The notes beneath the pieces are model-generated. The model was given only the letters and a program-made list of their open reading frames with translations, was not told the DNA's origin and did no database searches. The translations under genes and the position numbers were made by a program. From Glaucostegus cemiculus (lineage: Eukaryota), in NCBI GenBank assembly GCA_976551045.1, contig CDPCPM010000011.1, positions 11,842,001 to 11,906,000 on the forward strand: DNA of 64,000 nucleotides, written 5' to 3'. Positions 38,058 through 51,499 of the stretch are shown piece after piece. Every line of letters begins with the position of its first letter. Position 1 is the stretch's first letter.

Positions 38058-38842
38058 GGACAAACCAAATTTCTTTAGCCTCCTGAGGAAGTAGAGCCGC
38101 TGGTGAGATTTCTTGGCCGTGGCTTCTATGTGATTTGACCAGGACAGACTGCTGGTGATGTTCACTCCCAGGAACTTGAAGCTCTCAACCCTCTCGACTT
38201 CAGCACCATTGATGTAGACAGGTGCATGTACACTGCCCCTTTTCCTGAAGTCAATGACCAGCTCTTTTGTTTTGTTAACATTGAGGGCAAGGTTGTTGTC
38301 ATGACACCATTCCACTAAGCTCTCTATCTCCTTCCTGTACTCTGACTCATTGCTGTTTGAGATATGGCCTACAACGGCAGTATCATCTGCAAACTTGTAG
38401 ATGAAGTTAGAGCAGAATCTAGTCACAAAGTCATGAGTGCATAGGGAGTAGAGTAGAGAGCTGCGGACGCATCCTTTTGGGGCAAAGTGCTGAGAATAAT
38501 CATACCGGAGGTATTGCGGCCTATCCTCACTGATTGTGGTCTGTTCGTTAGAAAGTCAAGGATCCAGTTACAGAGGGAGGTGTTGAGTCCTAGGTCTCGG
38601 AGTTTGGTGAAAGCTTACTTGGGATTATTGTATTGAAGGCAAAGCAGTAGTCAATAAACGAAAGTCTAACATAGGTGTCTTTATCGTCCAGATGCTCCAG
38701 AGCTGAGTGTAGGGCTAGGGAGATGGCATCCGTTGTAATCCTGTTTCGGCGATAGGTGAATTGCAATGGGTCCAGGTTGTCTGGTAGGCTGGAGTTGATG
38801 CATGCCATGACCAATCTCTCAAAGCACTTCATGATGGTGGAT
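38058..38842 (-). mobile_element. Rex1/Babar LINE internal RT fragment nested in the Gypsy element
   Basis: ORF 38590-38832 ([38 protein letters not shown]) and ORF 37983-38426 (KFADDTAVVG..KTKELVIDFRK..KFLGVNI..QRLYFLRRLKKFG). Confidence 0.92.
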
Positions 38843-38990
38843 AGATTGCATAACCTTGGAACATATCACTGCACTGGACACTCATTCCGGTCAGAATGCA
38901 ATAATGCACAAAAAGATTCAAAAACAACTCAGAGATGAATTTTCCTCCTTGTATTGTGCCTCAGCTGAAAAAGCAAAGCAACCTGTCTGT
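38843..38990 (+). mobile_element. Probable continuation of the Gypsy integrase after the nested LINE
   Basis: Position, plus weak resemblance to the NTP..SPAQ.LM.RR..T region. Confidence 0.35.
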
Positions 38991-39594
38991 TGTCTTCTAA
39001 TGCATTCCATCAGGAGATACAGCAGATAAAATAGCTGGGCACTTGGACACAACCCTCACATTCAAAGAAGCTTCAATTTCACTCATTATCTGCCATTCTT
39101 GTACAGTCTGTCTGGTTATGAAAAAGTGTTAATTGGCATAAACCACTCCTCATAATACTGCAGTGTAACTAATGTCGATTTGTTTGACCAGTGCACTATT
39201 CATAACACTAGTTTAATTGCAAACTAACAGATGTAAAGTTTAGTTAAAATGAATCTGCATTAAATTTAATCCTAAACTAAAAAAATATGACCCCATTTGC
39301 CTGCAAAAGCAAATTGACATTTTTTGAAAATGTTATATCCATTTGCCATTCATCAGACAGCACACTTCACAGAAAACTCTTTTGCTCATCTGGAGACCAA
39401 CCTTCAATTCTACCAATTCCTTATGAAGCATCATTTGAATTCTACTTTGACTCAAGGTGCATTTGTTTGCAGATCACACAGAGGGTGTCTTTTTATTGAA
39501 ACAGTTTATTATGCAGAATTTACCCTTTTCTATGTTGGCTAATATAAATGTGGTAGAGAGAATTAACATTGCTATTTTTTGAATCCATAAAGTA

Positions 39595-39850
39595 ACAAAG
39601 GACTTTCATTTATTCAGAACCTTTCCTGATCTCAAGATATTCTAATGAATTTCACAGCAGGGTTAGAAAAGGCAGCAGTTAATTTATGCTCAGTAAGCCC
39701 CCACAAATGGTTATGGGGTAACCTGTTGTGTTCGTTTAGGGAGGAACACGAATCAGGATGCTAGAAAGCTTCCTGGAACTAATGCCTTTGAAATTCTTTC
39801 CACTTGAGAAGACAGATGAGTGCCTGGGTTTAACATCTCATCTGAAAATG
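39595..39850 (-). mobile_element. DeuSINE fragment
   Basis: GGCAGCAGTTAATTTATGCTCAGTAAGCCCCCACAAA..GAGAAGACAGATG..GGTTTAACATCTCATCTGAAAA. Confidence 0.55.
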
Positions 39851-42404
39851 GATGAAGAAAGCACAATATAGGAAAGAACTAAAAGAAGACTCCAGTGCAG
39901 AACTGTAGATCATGTCTTATGTCCCAGTATAATCAAAGTATGAATGTGATTCCATGCAATTTGGGGATTTTGAATTTAATGTTAATACTGTAAATTTATT
40001 TTTTTGAAAACCAGAGTTAAACTAACAAAATCCCATAACTTTGGCAATGCTTCAGACACAAACAAACATATAGAGGGATAGACAAAGAGGTTCTTCCATA
40101 TCCAGTCCAACCTCATGGTCCATCCTCCCCAAAGTTAGTGCTCCAGCTCTCCTAATATTAAGCACTGACCTCATTTCACGATCAAAGTTGTACAGATACA
40201 CCAGAGTGTCAGGATTGGAATTCTCCACTGGATCAAGAAAGTAAGTATTTTCATTAGCTGACCCTAAGCTGGCAGGTATTCATTCTTTCTAGAAAAGAAA
40301 ATAACTTTTGTTTTTATAGTATTGCTAATTGTCAATAGAGAGTGCTCATTTGCTACCTACTTTTACAATAGCCAAGGATACAGCTGACATCACAAAGGAC
40401 AACTGTGATTCTTTAAGAGGACAGAGCAGGAATAGCAAAAAAGCAATAAATGTAAACCAAAAAAGCTGCAAATGCCAGATCTCCAAAATAAAAATGGGAA
40501 CAATGAAAATACATAAAAGAAAAATTAGCATTTTGTTGATCCAGATCTAAAACAGGAAAAAAAGCAACAAACTAGGTGAAATTTGAGTATTCATGAGAAA
40601 AAGAAATGTCTTAATTCAGGTGGTTCTGTGCTCAAATTGCATTCCCTTCAGCTCCTTTTCAGAAGCTGCTGTGATATTTAATGCATCGGACAGGATTTTG
40701 CCCAGTATGCATTTGTTATAAAGGTTTAGTTCTAAATGGTGCTATGATGTATATTCACATTCTTATCCAGAATGTAACAGAAGTGTAGGGATATAGAGAT
40801 AAACAATGAAACATAGCACAGTATTTGTTTATTTTGTTCCACTCTGTCAAAAATGTGAAATGTTGTTGGTTATTCTTTGGAAGAGCCTGGGGCTGTAAAC
40901 TCATTTTTCAACTTCTAAATCTGTTTCTTAACTTCTTAGCACAATTCTCATATCAGAATGAAATCTGTTGGCGGCACACCTCAATCTGTTTGGAGACATT
41001 CTGCAGTATGTGATATCAAGTTTCAATAAAATCCTTTGTGATCTGTCCTGGAGGATGCTTTAGAGTTCATTTTAAACAAAGTAACACGAGAATCACATTG
41101 GCTAACCTGGTTATATATTGATTTTTGTGCACTCCGTGCTTTCTTTCAATTAATGATTAATTTGTCCCTTCCATCTTGATTCACTTATATTCAAAGTGAA
41201 GAGCAGAAATTTTTCTTCCTATACCAATTCATTAGCAAGATCACTCCATACTTTAAAAAGGGAAGTTGAAAGAAATTATCAAAATGATCAATCATTCTCT
41301 TGCAATAAGGCTAACTATTTTTCTTCCATGCCTTGGGGGTTGGGGCGGGTGTGATTTTTACCGGGTGGTCTGTCTATTTGGTTTTAAACTGCCTGATCTC
41401 ACTTTGCAGATGATGCATTATTGCTGAATGGAATAGGCCGACAATAAACTGAAAGCACAGCGAACATCTAAGTACTGTTCAGACTCAAGACTCACAGGGC
41501 CCAGGGGTCATCAGTAATTCAACATTCACTCTAACCTTGTTTAAGTCAAGTATCCAAAATAATAGTCGAGCCATAGCCCTACTTATCCACCAGTCCCTAT
41601 CAGCTATGTGACAACCTCAGTTGACACTTCAGCTGACAGCCGATGACCTTGGATTGTCTGACTATTTAGATCTGACGTTAGGTTGTGCTAAATACTTAAT
41701 CTCTTTCAGAGGTCATTGTTCTATCACAAAATTCTGCAAGTAACACGCCTGGAAGACAGGCTGATTACACAAGGGCTGGTCTTCACAGATGTAAAGAACA
41801 GTATAGAATGTGCAACACAACAAGGGAGCCTGTTTTGATAAAATAGTTGAGTAAAGCCTCATTGCATTAAGTTTTTTCTGTCCTTAAGTCTTTCCTCCAA
41901 CAATAGGATGGAAAGAAATAACAAACTAAAAAAACTGTAGGCATTAATTAGTGAAATAAATGAAAACAATGCAACAAACTTCATGTTATGAGCAGGAAAC
42001 TTTACTAAGTAATTAAATGAGAACAATTTGGAGGACAGGCCTGGCCTAAAAAAGTTACTGCCTGTTCTGAATGTCCAAGAACAAACGTGAAGAAATCATC
42101 CTTAACCATAAAAAAACAGATTTTCAGGAATCTGTTCTTTTCATGGAGTTGGCTCAATTTACTTCAATTCCTCGGCAAACAATTGACAGTGCTTCCCATT
42201 GCAGCACAAAACCTCTTTACGAGGACAGAATTTGGTATTCAGAACAGTCTAATCATTCAAGTGAGTAAAGAAAACATTTATAAGTACAGTGAGGAATGTA
42301 AATGTCATTTAAATTATGACAACATTGGATTTAACCTTTCAAGGCTCAAAAAAGCGTTTCTATATCATTTTGTTATTTAAAGGAAAAATACCAAACATTT
42401 AGCA

Positions 42405-42625
42405 TTTTTCTTTCATTAGTCCTGGCCAACATTTCTCCCTCAATTAGAATTATAAAAAGGTTAACTAATCATTCATTTCCTCAGCATTTACAGAATTTTG
42501 CTACAAAAATTGTTACAAATTTTGCTACAAAAAAACACCTATGCCACCATATAATGGCACCCTCTGAACATCAAAGTCTTATGTTCTTTGAGGTTCTTCA
42601 CAATGTCATCATATAAATTCAAGTC
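42405..42625 (+). mobile_element. DeuSINE/L2-tailed SINE 3' half
   Basis: GTCCTGGCCAACATTTCTCCCTCAA..TATATAAATTCAAGTC. Confidence 0.45.
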
Positions 42626-42801
42626 ATTCCCCATATATCACCCTCATGTAGTAGCCTCCCAAACATCTAACAGGTGCTTTGTTAAAGGAGGAAACATGAG
42701 TGGCTTTGATCCTTTTTAAGGGAACCATTGAATCACCCGTAGAATGAATAAAGAGACAGATAGGTCCCAAGTGTATTCAAAAAACAAAAAAAAAACAAAT
42801 T

Positions 42802-42890
42802 TCTTTGCTTCCACAGATGCTGCTCGACCCACTAAGTTCTTCCAGCAGTTGTTTTTTTTGTGCTCCAGATTTCAGCATCTGCATTCCCTT
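42802..42890 (+). repeat. Penelope-like terminal fragment (second short copy at ~43138-43205)
   Basis: CCACAGATGCTGCTCGACCCACTAAGTTCTTCCAGCA..CCAGATTTCAGCATCTGCA. Confidence 0.65.
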
Positions 42891-43784
42891 TTGTAGTTAC
42901 TGTATATATTATGAATAAAGTATAATTTTGAAAAAATGAATTTAAGTCTGTCTTTACTTGAATTAAAATAGTTTGAATTTGGTCTGGGACTTTAGTTACT
43001 TGCACATTTTTTAAAAAGAAATCAGTGCTTTTGATGTTTCTCACTGGGTAAAATATATTTGCTTGGCAAATTAAAATGACACAGCAATTGAAGACTCATA
43101 GTCAGATTTGGGGGATGGTCTTCAAAATTTTAAATCTATTTCTCTACCCACAGATGCTGTCTGGCATGTTGAGTGTTTACACCATTGTTTTTTTCTGTTT
43201 CTATTTTGGAAAAATACATAGCTTTTGTGATGAGAAAGCAGAACAGCAACAGCCATTGTAGCATAGATGAACTTGAAGGTCAAAGAAAGAGTATAGGAGA
43301 GGAAAAGTGGAGACCAGTTATGAAAGTGTTTTCAATCAGATGTCAAAGCACGTTTCTCATATTCTTTTTAAAATTGTGAGAGAGATATTCGAAAGGTTTC
43401 TCCACAATATGGGTAAAATATACCTTAGCATGTTGAAATTTATCCATTCAAATCTGATCAACCTACTTTGGATATTTTACAATTATTAAATCTTCAGTAC
43501 CATGTGAGAAAAAATGCAAACATTCAGAATGTTTCTTTCATTCACCTGGCCATAATCCCTTGCTCAATAAGTATTCTCAAAAAAAGTTAAGCGTCATTTA
43601 TTCCCTAATATTTACTGAATCTTGCTTTATATAAATAAGTTGCACAATTGCTTGTTTAATTGCAGTCACCCACACCGACTCATCCAATCACTGGCCTAGT
43701 ACAGGGAAGCATAATGGAAGGCTTTGAGACATTCAATGAACCTCTTTGTCAAGAGCTCTTGGTGACACAAATAGTGGGGGAAGT

Positions 43785-44047
43785 TCAAGTTCTACCTGTG
43801 AGCATGTGGGTTTCCTCTGGGCGTTCTGGTTTTCTCCCACATCCCAAAAGTGTGCAGGTTGATAGGTTAATTGGCTCCTGTAAATTGCCCTTAGTCTGTA
43901 GCTGTGTGGTAGAATCTGGTAGGAGCTGATGAGAAAGCAGGAAGAATAAAATAATTGGAATTAATGTAAGAAGGTGGTTGGTGTTTGTCACAGACTTGGT
44001 GGGCTGTAAGGTGCTGTAAGTCTCTATGATTCTATGACTCTATGATT
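43785..44047 (+). mobile_element. V-SINE lacking its head, with (CTATGA)-type tail
   Basis: GTGGGTTTCCTCTGGGCGTTCTGGTTTTCTCCCACATCCCAAA..TGTAAATTGCCC..CTATGATTCTATGACTCTATGA. Confidence 0.85.
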
Positions 44048-45704
44048 AAGCATACAACAACCCATTCAACCCAGCTGTCAAGTTCTACCTGCCTCATCTG
44101 CAGCAGAGTCTGTGTATCCCACCAGGTGATTCATAGTTATCTTCAGAAGCACAGACAGAGTGCAACATTTACTCCGAAACAATGGATGCACATAATCAAC
44201 AAGCCCAAGGGATTGCATTGGAGAGCAGAACCTAGCAACTTCTACATTTCCAAGTAATGTGTCAGCATAATTCTTTAATACTATGTATCCAAGAATTGTA
44301 CCGTGGGCAGAACACAAAGGAAAGCTAAAAATACTTAAATGAAGGCCTGAAAAATGTATTGTTTTTTCACTTGCTCTCTACCTTGCTCACCAGCTATTCC
44401 TTGTTTGCAACCTATCAAAGCTTGCCTAAGCACTTGTCTAAACCTATGGAGTCAAGCAGTTATGGAACAGAGGAATATCCCTCCAAACTATTTACATTAG
44501 AGGTTGATGCAATTTTATGGATCTGCTCCCTTCTGCACAAGAATTGCTGCATCTCTTTAAACAGTATGGTTCTCTGCTTCCACAGAGACAGCATATGCTT
44601 TAGATTTAAATATTCCTTTGGCCTTTGAACTATTGGAATACATGGCTAATTACAGATAAGCATAAGACTCATTCATATTAGTGGACTCCTGTTTGCTCCA
44701 TCAGTCACTCTTCCACAACAAATGGTCCAACAAGCAGGAGTCATTTATAAACTAACAAATAAAATCTTCCTGGCTTAATGTGCACATTCATGCTTTCTGG
44801 AAATCAAAATCAAAATGTACCTCCATGATGCCAATCTTGCCAGAGCTGGGATACCATCTAGGACATCCTTCTTTCCCACCACCACACACACCCCTCCTCC
44901 CCACCACCCATTGAATATATTTATAGATATATATTTGTATTCAATTAGAAAACTTTCTACCTATATAAATACCATAGAATTTTATTGCAATCAGATGAAG
45001 TATGACAACTTTCAGTTTAAGCCAATCTAATCCATTGTAGTTTGGCCATCTTTAAAGCAATTTCTTACCGCAATTGGCATTAAATCTATTTCAATGCCTG
45101 TCTCTTTTTCCAAATAAATGAATAGGTATTGTGTTTCATCTCATTTATTCATACTGAGAGGATATGAAATGTCAACAAAAATAGATACATGAGCATGGCA
45201 TATTAGAGGTTGCCATAATTCAAATATTTGCATTTCAATAGACCATAAAAATCAGTACTTGGAAGTATTTTGGTAGCTTCTCTGGAGAAAAATTAGCCTA
45301 CTTTCATGGCCACATGCTACACCAGAGTCTTTGCACAAACAAAAACGCTTTCTTTAGGTTAGAAGCAAAGTCTCACCCATTATTAGTCAGGTCACAGGAC
45401 ATCAATATTCATTTCTGATTACCAAAGCAGTAACTAAGGAGTGTTAAACTGTAAGTGGTTTGATATCAAAATGAACTTTGTAAATGGGTGGCAATGGCTG
45501 CTTGTTTTCCTTTTTTTTAACATGAGAAGTTATCCTCTTTGCCATTAAAAGCAGAAAATGCAATTGATGGATAAAGCTGTAGATGTCAACTTCTGTTGAA
45601 GTACAAAGGACGATGAAACTGCTGTTCTCATTTTATAGTTGTGCATCACCATTTTCATAGTGGAATAGATACAGGAATTGCTAATGTATTGATGGAAGAC
45701 TGAA

Positions 45705-46331
45705 AGCAGTTCAAGTTCCTGGGCGTCAACATCTCAGAGGACCTACCTTGGGCCCAACATATTGATGCAATCACAAAGAAGGCATGCCTGCGGCTCTACT
45801 TCATTAGGAGTTTGTCGAGGTTTGGTATGTCACCAAAGGCTCTTACAAATTTCCATAGATGTACAGTGGAGAGCATCCTGACTGGTTACATCACAGCCTG
45901 GTATGAAGCTTCCAGTGCACAGGATTGTAAGAAGCTGCAAAGGGTTGTAGACTCAGCCAGCTCCATAACAGGCACAACCCTCCCCACCAATGAGGACATC
46001 TTCAAGAATTGATGCCTCAAGAAGGTGGCATCTATCACGAAGGACCCACACCATCCAGGACATGCCCCTCTTCTTGTTACTACCATCAAGGAAAAGGTAC
46101 AGAAGGCTGAAAACCCACACTCAATGATTCAGGAACAGCTTCTTCCCCTCTGCCATCAGATTTCTGAACAATCCATGAACCCTTGAACACTACTCATTAT
46201 TTGTTTCTCTTGCACTATTTATTTATTTTTGTAACTAATAGATTTTTATGTCTTTGCACTGTACTGCTGCCGTAAAACAACAAATTTCACGACATACATC
46301 AGTGATAATAAACCTGATTCTAATTCTGATT
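45705..46331 (+). mobile_element. Rex1/Babar LINE 3' end with ATTCTG-type tail
   Basis: FKFLGVNI at 45710; ORF 45812 FHRCTVESILTGYITAWY..KKLQRVVDSA; ends AATAAACCTGATTCTAATTCTGAT. Confidence 0.9.
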
Positions 46332-46367
46332 TTGAAAACTGTTCCATCACTGTCATTACTTCTGATA

Positions 46368-46598
46368 GCAGCATGGTAGCGTAGTGGTTAGTGTAACATG
46401 ATTACAGTGCCAGCAATCGGAGTTCAATTCCCATCACTGTCTGTGAGGAGTTTGTACGTTCTCCCCATGTCTGCGTGGGTTTCCTCTGGGTGCTCCAGTT
46501 TCCTCCCACATTTCAAAGACGTACAGGTAGGTTAACGTGGGTTTAAAGGGGCAGCATGGACTCGTTGGGCCGGAAGGGCTTGTTGCCATACTGTATAA
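46368..46598 (+). mobile_element. V-SINE with CR1-type tail (same subfamily as 5559-5800)
   Basis: GGTAGCGTAGTGG A box, GAGTTCAATTCC B box, V domain and GGACTCGTTGGGCCGGAAGGGCTTGTT tail. Confidence 0.9.
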
Positions 46599-48309
46599 AG
46601 CTTTTTTTAAAAAAAATGACATCCAGACATGTACATCAACAGCTGGATATCCTGAGGCTTTTATTGTTGATTCCTTGCTTCTTACAAGGTGCACTATATT
46701 GAATTCATGAACATAACCAACACAGAGTCTCTAATTTGTAGGGAACTTCAACTACAATTTCGTTATTGTCATAAAAATCTTTCCATCTATACAATAGGAT
46801 AAAACTCCACTTTGCTTTCTTTTCCCATTAACCTCAGGCTACCTCTGCAGAAGGATGAAGTGAGAGGATTTAAACTGAACTCTTTCACTCATCATTCAAT
46901 TCTTCCACATTTTAATAGTACTTTACATTTATTGAGTTGCTTCTGATTGATTCTCCTCAATGCACACAATCTTCATTCTCATGGTCCAGTTAATGAAACT
47001 TCATATTCTTTGATAAGACAATGAAAATTTCTTTGACTATTTAATAATGGCTTCTTCACACCTTGATATATTTTATTCCTAGTCTGACCAACAATAACTA
47101 TCTCTCAACTTTCTTTGTTCTATTCATCTTTCTTCCACAGTTCACTTCCTTCATTTCATTTATTTTCCCTGAACTAAAAAAATGCACTCATTGCAAAAAC
47201 TGCACTTTGTCTTTTCTTTTCTTTTTTTCAATAGTAATGGTGTTTTATTCCTTAGAAATTTGTGTCTCAGATAATGAAAAAGATAATTTAGGTGCAAAAG
47301 AATAACAACTGGCTGGACATACTGAGGGCACTAATCCATGCATGAGGACCGTTGGAAGCATCCTTCATGATTTGATGCAGATACAGCTTTAAAAAGGTAA
47401 ATCAATTTAAAAAGGTAAAATAAAAGGTAAATTCCATTTTAAAAAATTAAAAGATATTTAATGAACTGAAAGGGTTAACTAGTGATATTATCTGCATGTG
47501 TGGCTAAACAATTGATTCCTTATTTTTTCTAAAGTTGATACATTCCTCTGCCCTGTTCTCTGGAGCCAGCCAATACTTAATGTGGGAAAGGAACTGTTTG
47601 GTCTGCAGCCTCACAGCTTCAGTCCAGGTTGGAACTTCTCACTCTAATCAACAGCTAGAGGGCAAGCATTGACCTTGTAAACATAGCAAAAATCCTGCAG
47701 TATTAGTTTTAAAGAAACTTTAACATAGCTTTTGAGAACAAATTACTGAAATTTTGAAAGTAGCAACCATAAGTTTCATCACTACCTACAGAGATCATGC
47801 TGAATTCAAACATGAGGGCATTTATTAAGATCTATGCACAATTAATTTACAATGCAGATTCGGTTGCATCCGGTTATTTATAGAATTGCATTTCTAATGC
47901 TGCCCTGACAAGTATTATTGACAAATTTTAAATAAATTTCTTTGTGAATACCTTTGTACTAGTGCCATATGCATGAAGCCAGTTTCTGAATTTGTGTTCA
48001 TTTTTGACAGAAATTACAATTACAAATCACTTTTATTGTTAAAAACTGTTTTAAAATATAATTGTACCTCATTCCGTGATGGTGGTCTTCACAACAAAAC
48101 AAGACATTTTGAGCTCAAAGGTAATTTTTGTAAGTATTAACAGCTAGTCTCCATTCCTTGTAATAACTGAACTAAGGCTTTAAGACATACAGTAAGTAAT
48201 GTCGAGTGTAAGGCCCATTATCTTTTATGAATCAGAGAAAGAGTCAGCAAGTACTTGGAGCTCATGCAAATCCAAGTGTCATCTGCGTACTGCAGCTCAA
48301 CTAGTGTGG

Positions 48310-48795
48310 TTTAGATAACTTTAGCTCTGGAGTGCAGTTGCCACGAGTTGAACAGCTCCCCTGGAATATCCTCCCCTTCCCAGATGTGGGCAATGAGGCT
48401 GTGGATTTGTGACTGAAGCTCTTCACTGCTGAATTTTAGCATTTCAGTGAGAACACTGCTTCAAAGGCCTTGTTGTTTTTTAGTTGTGATATAACAAGGC
48501 TGGCTCAGAAAGACTTCTGTGGGATGGAGCCAATTGCACTCATGTCAAGGAGAGAATTGCAGTTGAAGAAGTGTTCCTTCCAGCAAATGTTGACTGCCTC
48601 TCTGTCCCTGATGAGTTCACTCCCATTTCTGTATCTCAGTGGGGTGGGGCCCTGTATTTTAGGGTTGTGGTTGGGCTTTTACAGCACTGAAGATCCCAAG
48701 CATGACATGGCTGTCAAAGAGTTGCTGAGCCACCTGTGTTCTTTCTACCTACCATCTGTTCTTTAGGTCATACATTTTCTGTTGGACCTCTGCCA
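48310..48795 (-). mobile_element. Decayed RTE LINE fragment (region upstream of RT)
   Basis: Minus strand reads AEVQQKMYDLKNRW..IFSAVKA..ELIRDREAVNICWKEHF..HIWEGEDIPGE. Confidence 0.65.
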
Positions 48796-48814
48796 TTAAA
48801 GCTCTTTATTTTCC

Positions 48815-49030
48815 CTTGAGGAACTCAACATCTGCAAGACAAAGGTCATCTACCACCCTGACTCCTACACTGCACTGCCCTCTAACAGTAAAGGTACACG
48901 ATGAGATGCAGGCTAATTCCTTCGGAGCCACCTCTTAGTGAAGGCAAATATGGTGAAATTCACCACTGTCTTCAATGTATCAGCAGAGTCTTTGGTCCAC
49001 TGAGGAAAAGGGTATTTCAAGATCACACAA
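48815..49030 (+). mobile_element. Decayed RTE LINE fragment (RT C-terminal part)
   Basis: LNICKTKVIYHP and EIHHCLQCISRVFGPLRKRVFQDH (ORF 48901). Confidence 0.7.
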
Positions 49031-49099
49031 TTGTAAACTCTGTCATGGGATGCAATTATGAGGCAGACACAGATTCAAATACATGTTCAAAGCCTCGCT

Positions 49100-49320
49100 G
49101 AAGAAAGGCAACAAACAACCTGCTGGAGAACCTCAGCGGGTCGACGAGTATCAGTGGGAGGAAAGGAATTGTCGACCTTTCAGATGGAGAGTGGAGTGGT
49201 GAGATGGCTGGAATAAAGAGAAGGGGAGGAGTGAGAAAGGAGGTGATTCGTGGACTGAGGAGGGGTATAAGATGACAGGCAGGTTGTGTCAGGTAGGGGA
49301 AGGGAGCCATTGACAATGAT
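49100..49320 (-). repeat. Penelope-like element 3' region
   Basis: CAACAAACAACCTGCTGGAGAACCTCAGCGGGTCGA..GTGGGAGGAAAGGAATTGTCGAC followed by purine-rich sequence; reverse of the 58130 motif. Confidence 0.65.
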
Positions 49321-50714
49321 CTGAGGAAAAGACTGAGGTTCTCACCTTGTCCTCATCAGCCACCTCAGTACCCACAAAACTGGAGTTAGTCATCCTCCAT
49401 TCTGAGGGGAAAAAGACATGAGCATGGCCTCACAAAAATACAGAGGCAGATTTTCGTCTCTTGCATATACTTGTTTATTCCAATTTTTCCCCAGAACAGT
49501 GTCATTAAGAGGGACAGAAATCTAATTTTCTTTACAACCAATTATTTATTTGCATTCTTTGTACTTCTAGTAATTGGTTCACTCAGGCAAGAAAGTCCGT
49601 GAACCTAGAGCGCTTGTCACTGTAGCCTGTAGATTATTGATATTCAAGGGAACTTTAGTCATAAAACTAAACAAAACATCATTTTAGGCTGTTCATCATC
49701 ACTAGGCTCAAGGGATGTTTCTGGCCTGTCTGGGCAGGAAAGAGCTGTTATCTGTGAAGCCTCATGACTGATGCATTCTGTAAGTGGCCACATCTAACCC
49801 CAGTTAACTCTCTATTATAACAAATATAACTGTCAAATCCAGAAACCATTGTAGACATGGCAAAGGACAAAACACATCCGGAGACCTCTTCCGAAGCACT
49901 GTTCACTTAAGAGCAATGAGCCAGTAATTCTCCCTTAAGTATGAAAATATCACTTAGCAAAATTACACTGATTTTGTAGTCACCTTAAGGCCAGCTAAAC
50001 CCTGCTTGGACCCACATGGAAATGCATTCCTCTCTTACACATAACACACAACATACAGTGAGAAGACCATTTGCATCACAAGATTAGTGATCAGTGTAAT
50101 ATTTTTTCTTTAAATATGAGAGAATAGTTTCCATAGTAGAAAATTGAAAATAATATTCTGATTTCAGAAGAAGATAGATATAATTTAGAAAATGGAAAAT
50201 AAAATCAACCACCCTGTTTGACAGGATCAACCATTCTACCCCTCCCATGACTGGGATCCTGCTTTTCTTTTTCCTGATTGGTAGGTTTCCATAATTACAC
50301 ATTTGTTTTTCCAAGTTTCAAGGGTTTATTTGCCTTCTTCCATTTCAGATGCTGCTGTTATTTCTCATTTTGGATTGGCCTTTCTCGTCTGTCATCACCT
50401 CAAAAGCCATTTGTTCTTAACCCACTCAAAGGAACAGGGAGGCCATTTCAAGATGCTTGGAAGCTGCTTCTCCCTCCATTTTTATGGACACTTTACCTTT
50501 GCTTTAATCTGAAAATGACACAGGACTCGAAATAGTTTCCAAGCTCTGCCAGAGCATTCACCTTCAACCAGAAGAGTGCATCCCCCTATCCTACTCAAAG
50601 AATAACAGGGCAGCAAACTCTAATTTCCCTGCGATGCAAAGGAGAGTTTGGGGGCTGATGTTGGGTTTGAGGTTGGGTATAAAATATTAACAAATTACAG
50701 GAAGATTTTAATTA

Positions 50715-51495
50715 ACTTGAGGAATAGACAAATAATTGGCAAATGAAGTTCAAAGCAGAGTAAGAAGAATAGGGAGGTCACTAAAGGATACTTAGAAGGT
50801 ATAGGTCTTGGTGGGGGATAGGAACAAAGCAACCTTGGAATTCAAATACACCACTCACTGAAAATTATGCGACAGGTTAGCAAGGTCATAAAAATGCAAA
50901 CCAAACATGAAGGTTTTGTTGAGGAGGGATAGAACTGGAAAAAAGGAAGTTATGTTAACCCTGTACTGAACTACTATTTACAGTTCTATCATTTTCTTGT
51001 TTTTTGAAGGATATAGAGGCATAAAAGAGGAAGTAAAGAAAATTTACAATGATCATACCAGAATGGTAAACGTATCAGGACAGAATGAGCAAACTGAGTA
51101 TCTTTTCTCTTAAGAAAGGAAGGCTGATTGGTGATCAAATGAAGGTCATTAAAATAATGAACATTTTGGGGGGAGTGGCTAGCAAGAGAATGTTTCCACT
51201 TGTGGGGAAGAGTATAACTAAAAGCTACCATTATCGGATGGTCACTGGGAAATACAATAGGGATTTCTGACGAAACTTCTTTTCCGAAACGTGGGAGAAT
51301 GTGGAACTCATCAGCACAGGAAATGGTTGAAGCAAATGTTGTAGAGAGATTTATAGGGAGAGAAGACAAGGAAGGAATAGGTTATGTCATTAGATTTAGA
51401 AGAGAAAAAAGAAGAGGAAGCTCAAATGGAGCAGAAATGCTAGTATCGACTGTTTGGACCAAATGGCCTGTTTCAGTTCTGTACATCCTATCGAG
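50715..51495 (+). mobile_element. CR1 LINE 3' portion, decayed
   Basis: TGGCAAATGAAGTTCAA (WQMKF), ORF 51085 LSIFSLKKGRLIGDQMKVIKIMN, MWNSSAQEMVEA and tail TGGACCAAATGGCCTGTTTC. Confidence 0.8.
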
Positions 51496-51499
51496 AATG

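Noticed and set aside
40346-40547. Hydrophobic minus-strand ORF with a good acceptor, as a membrane-protein exon
   Set aside because: The hydrophobicity follows from T-rich composition and there is no recognisable family motif.
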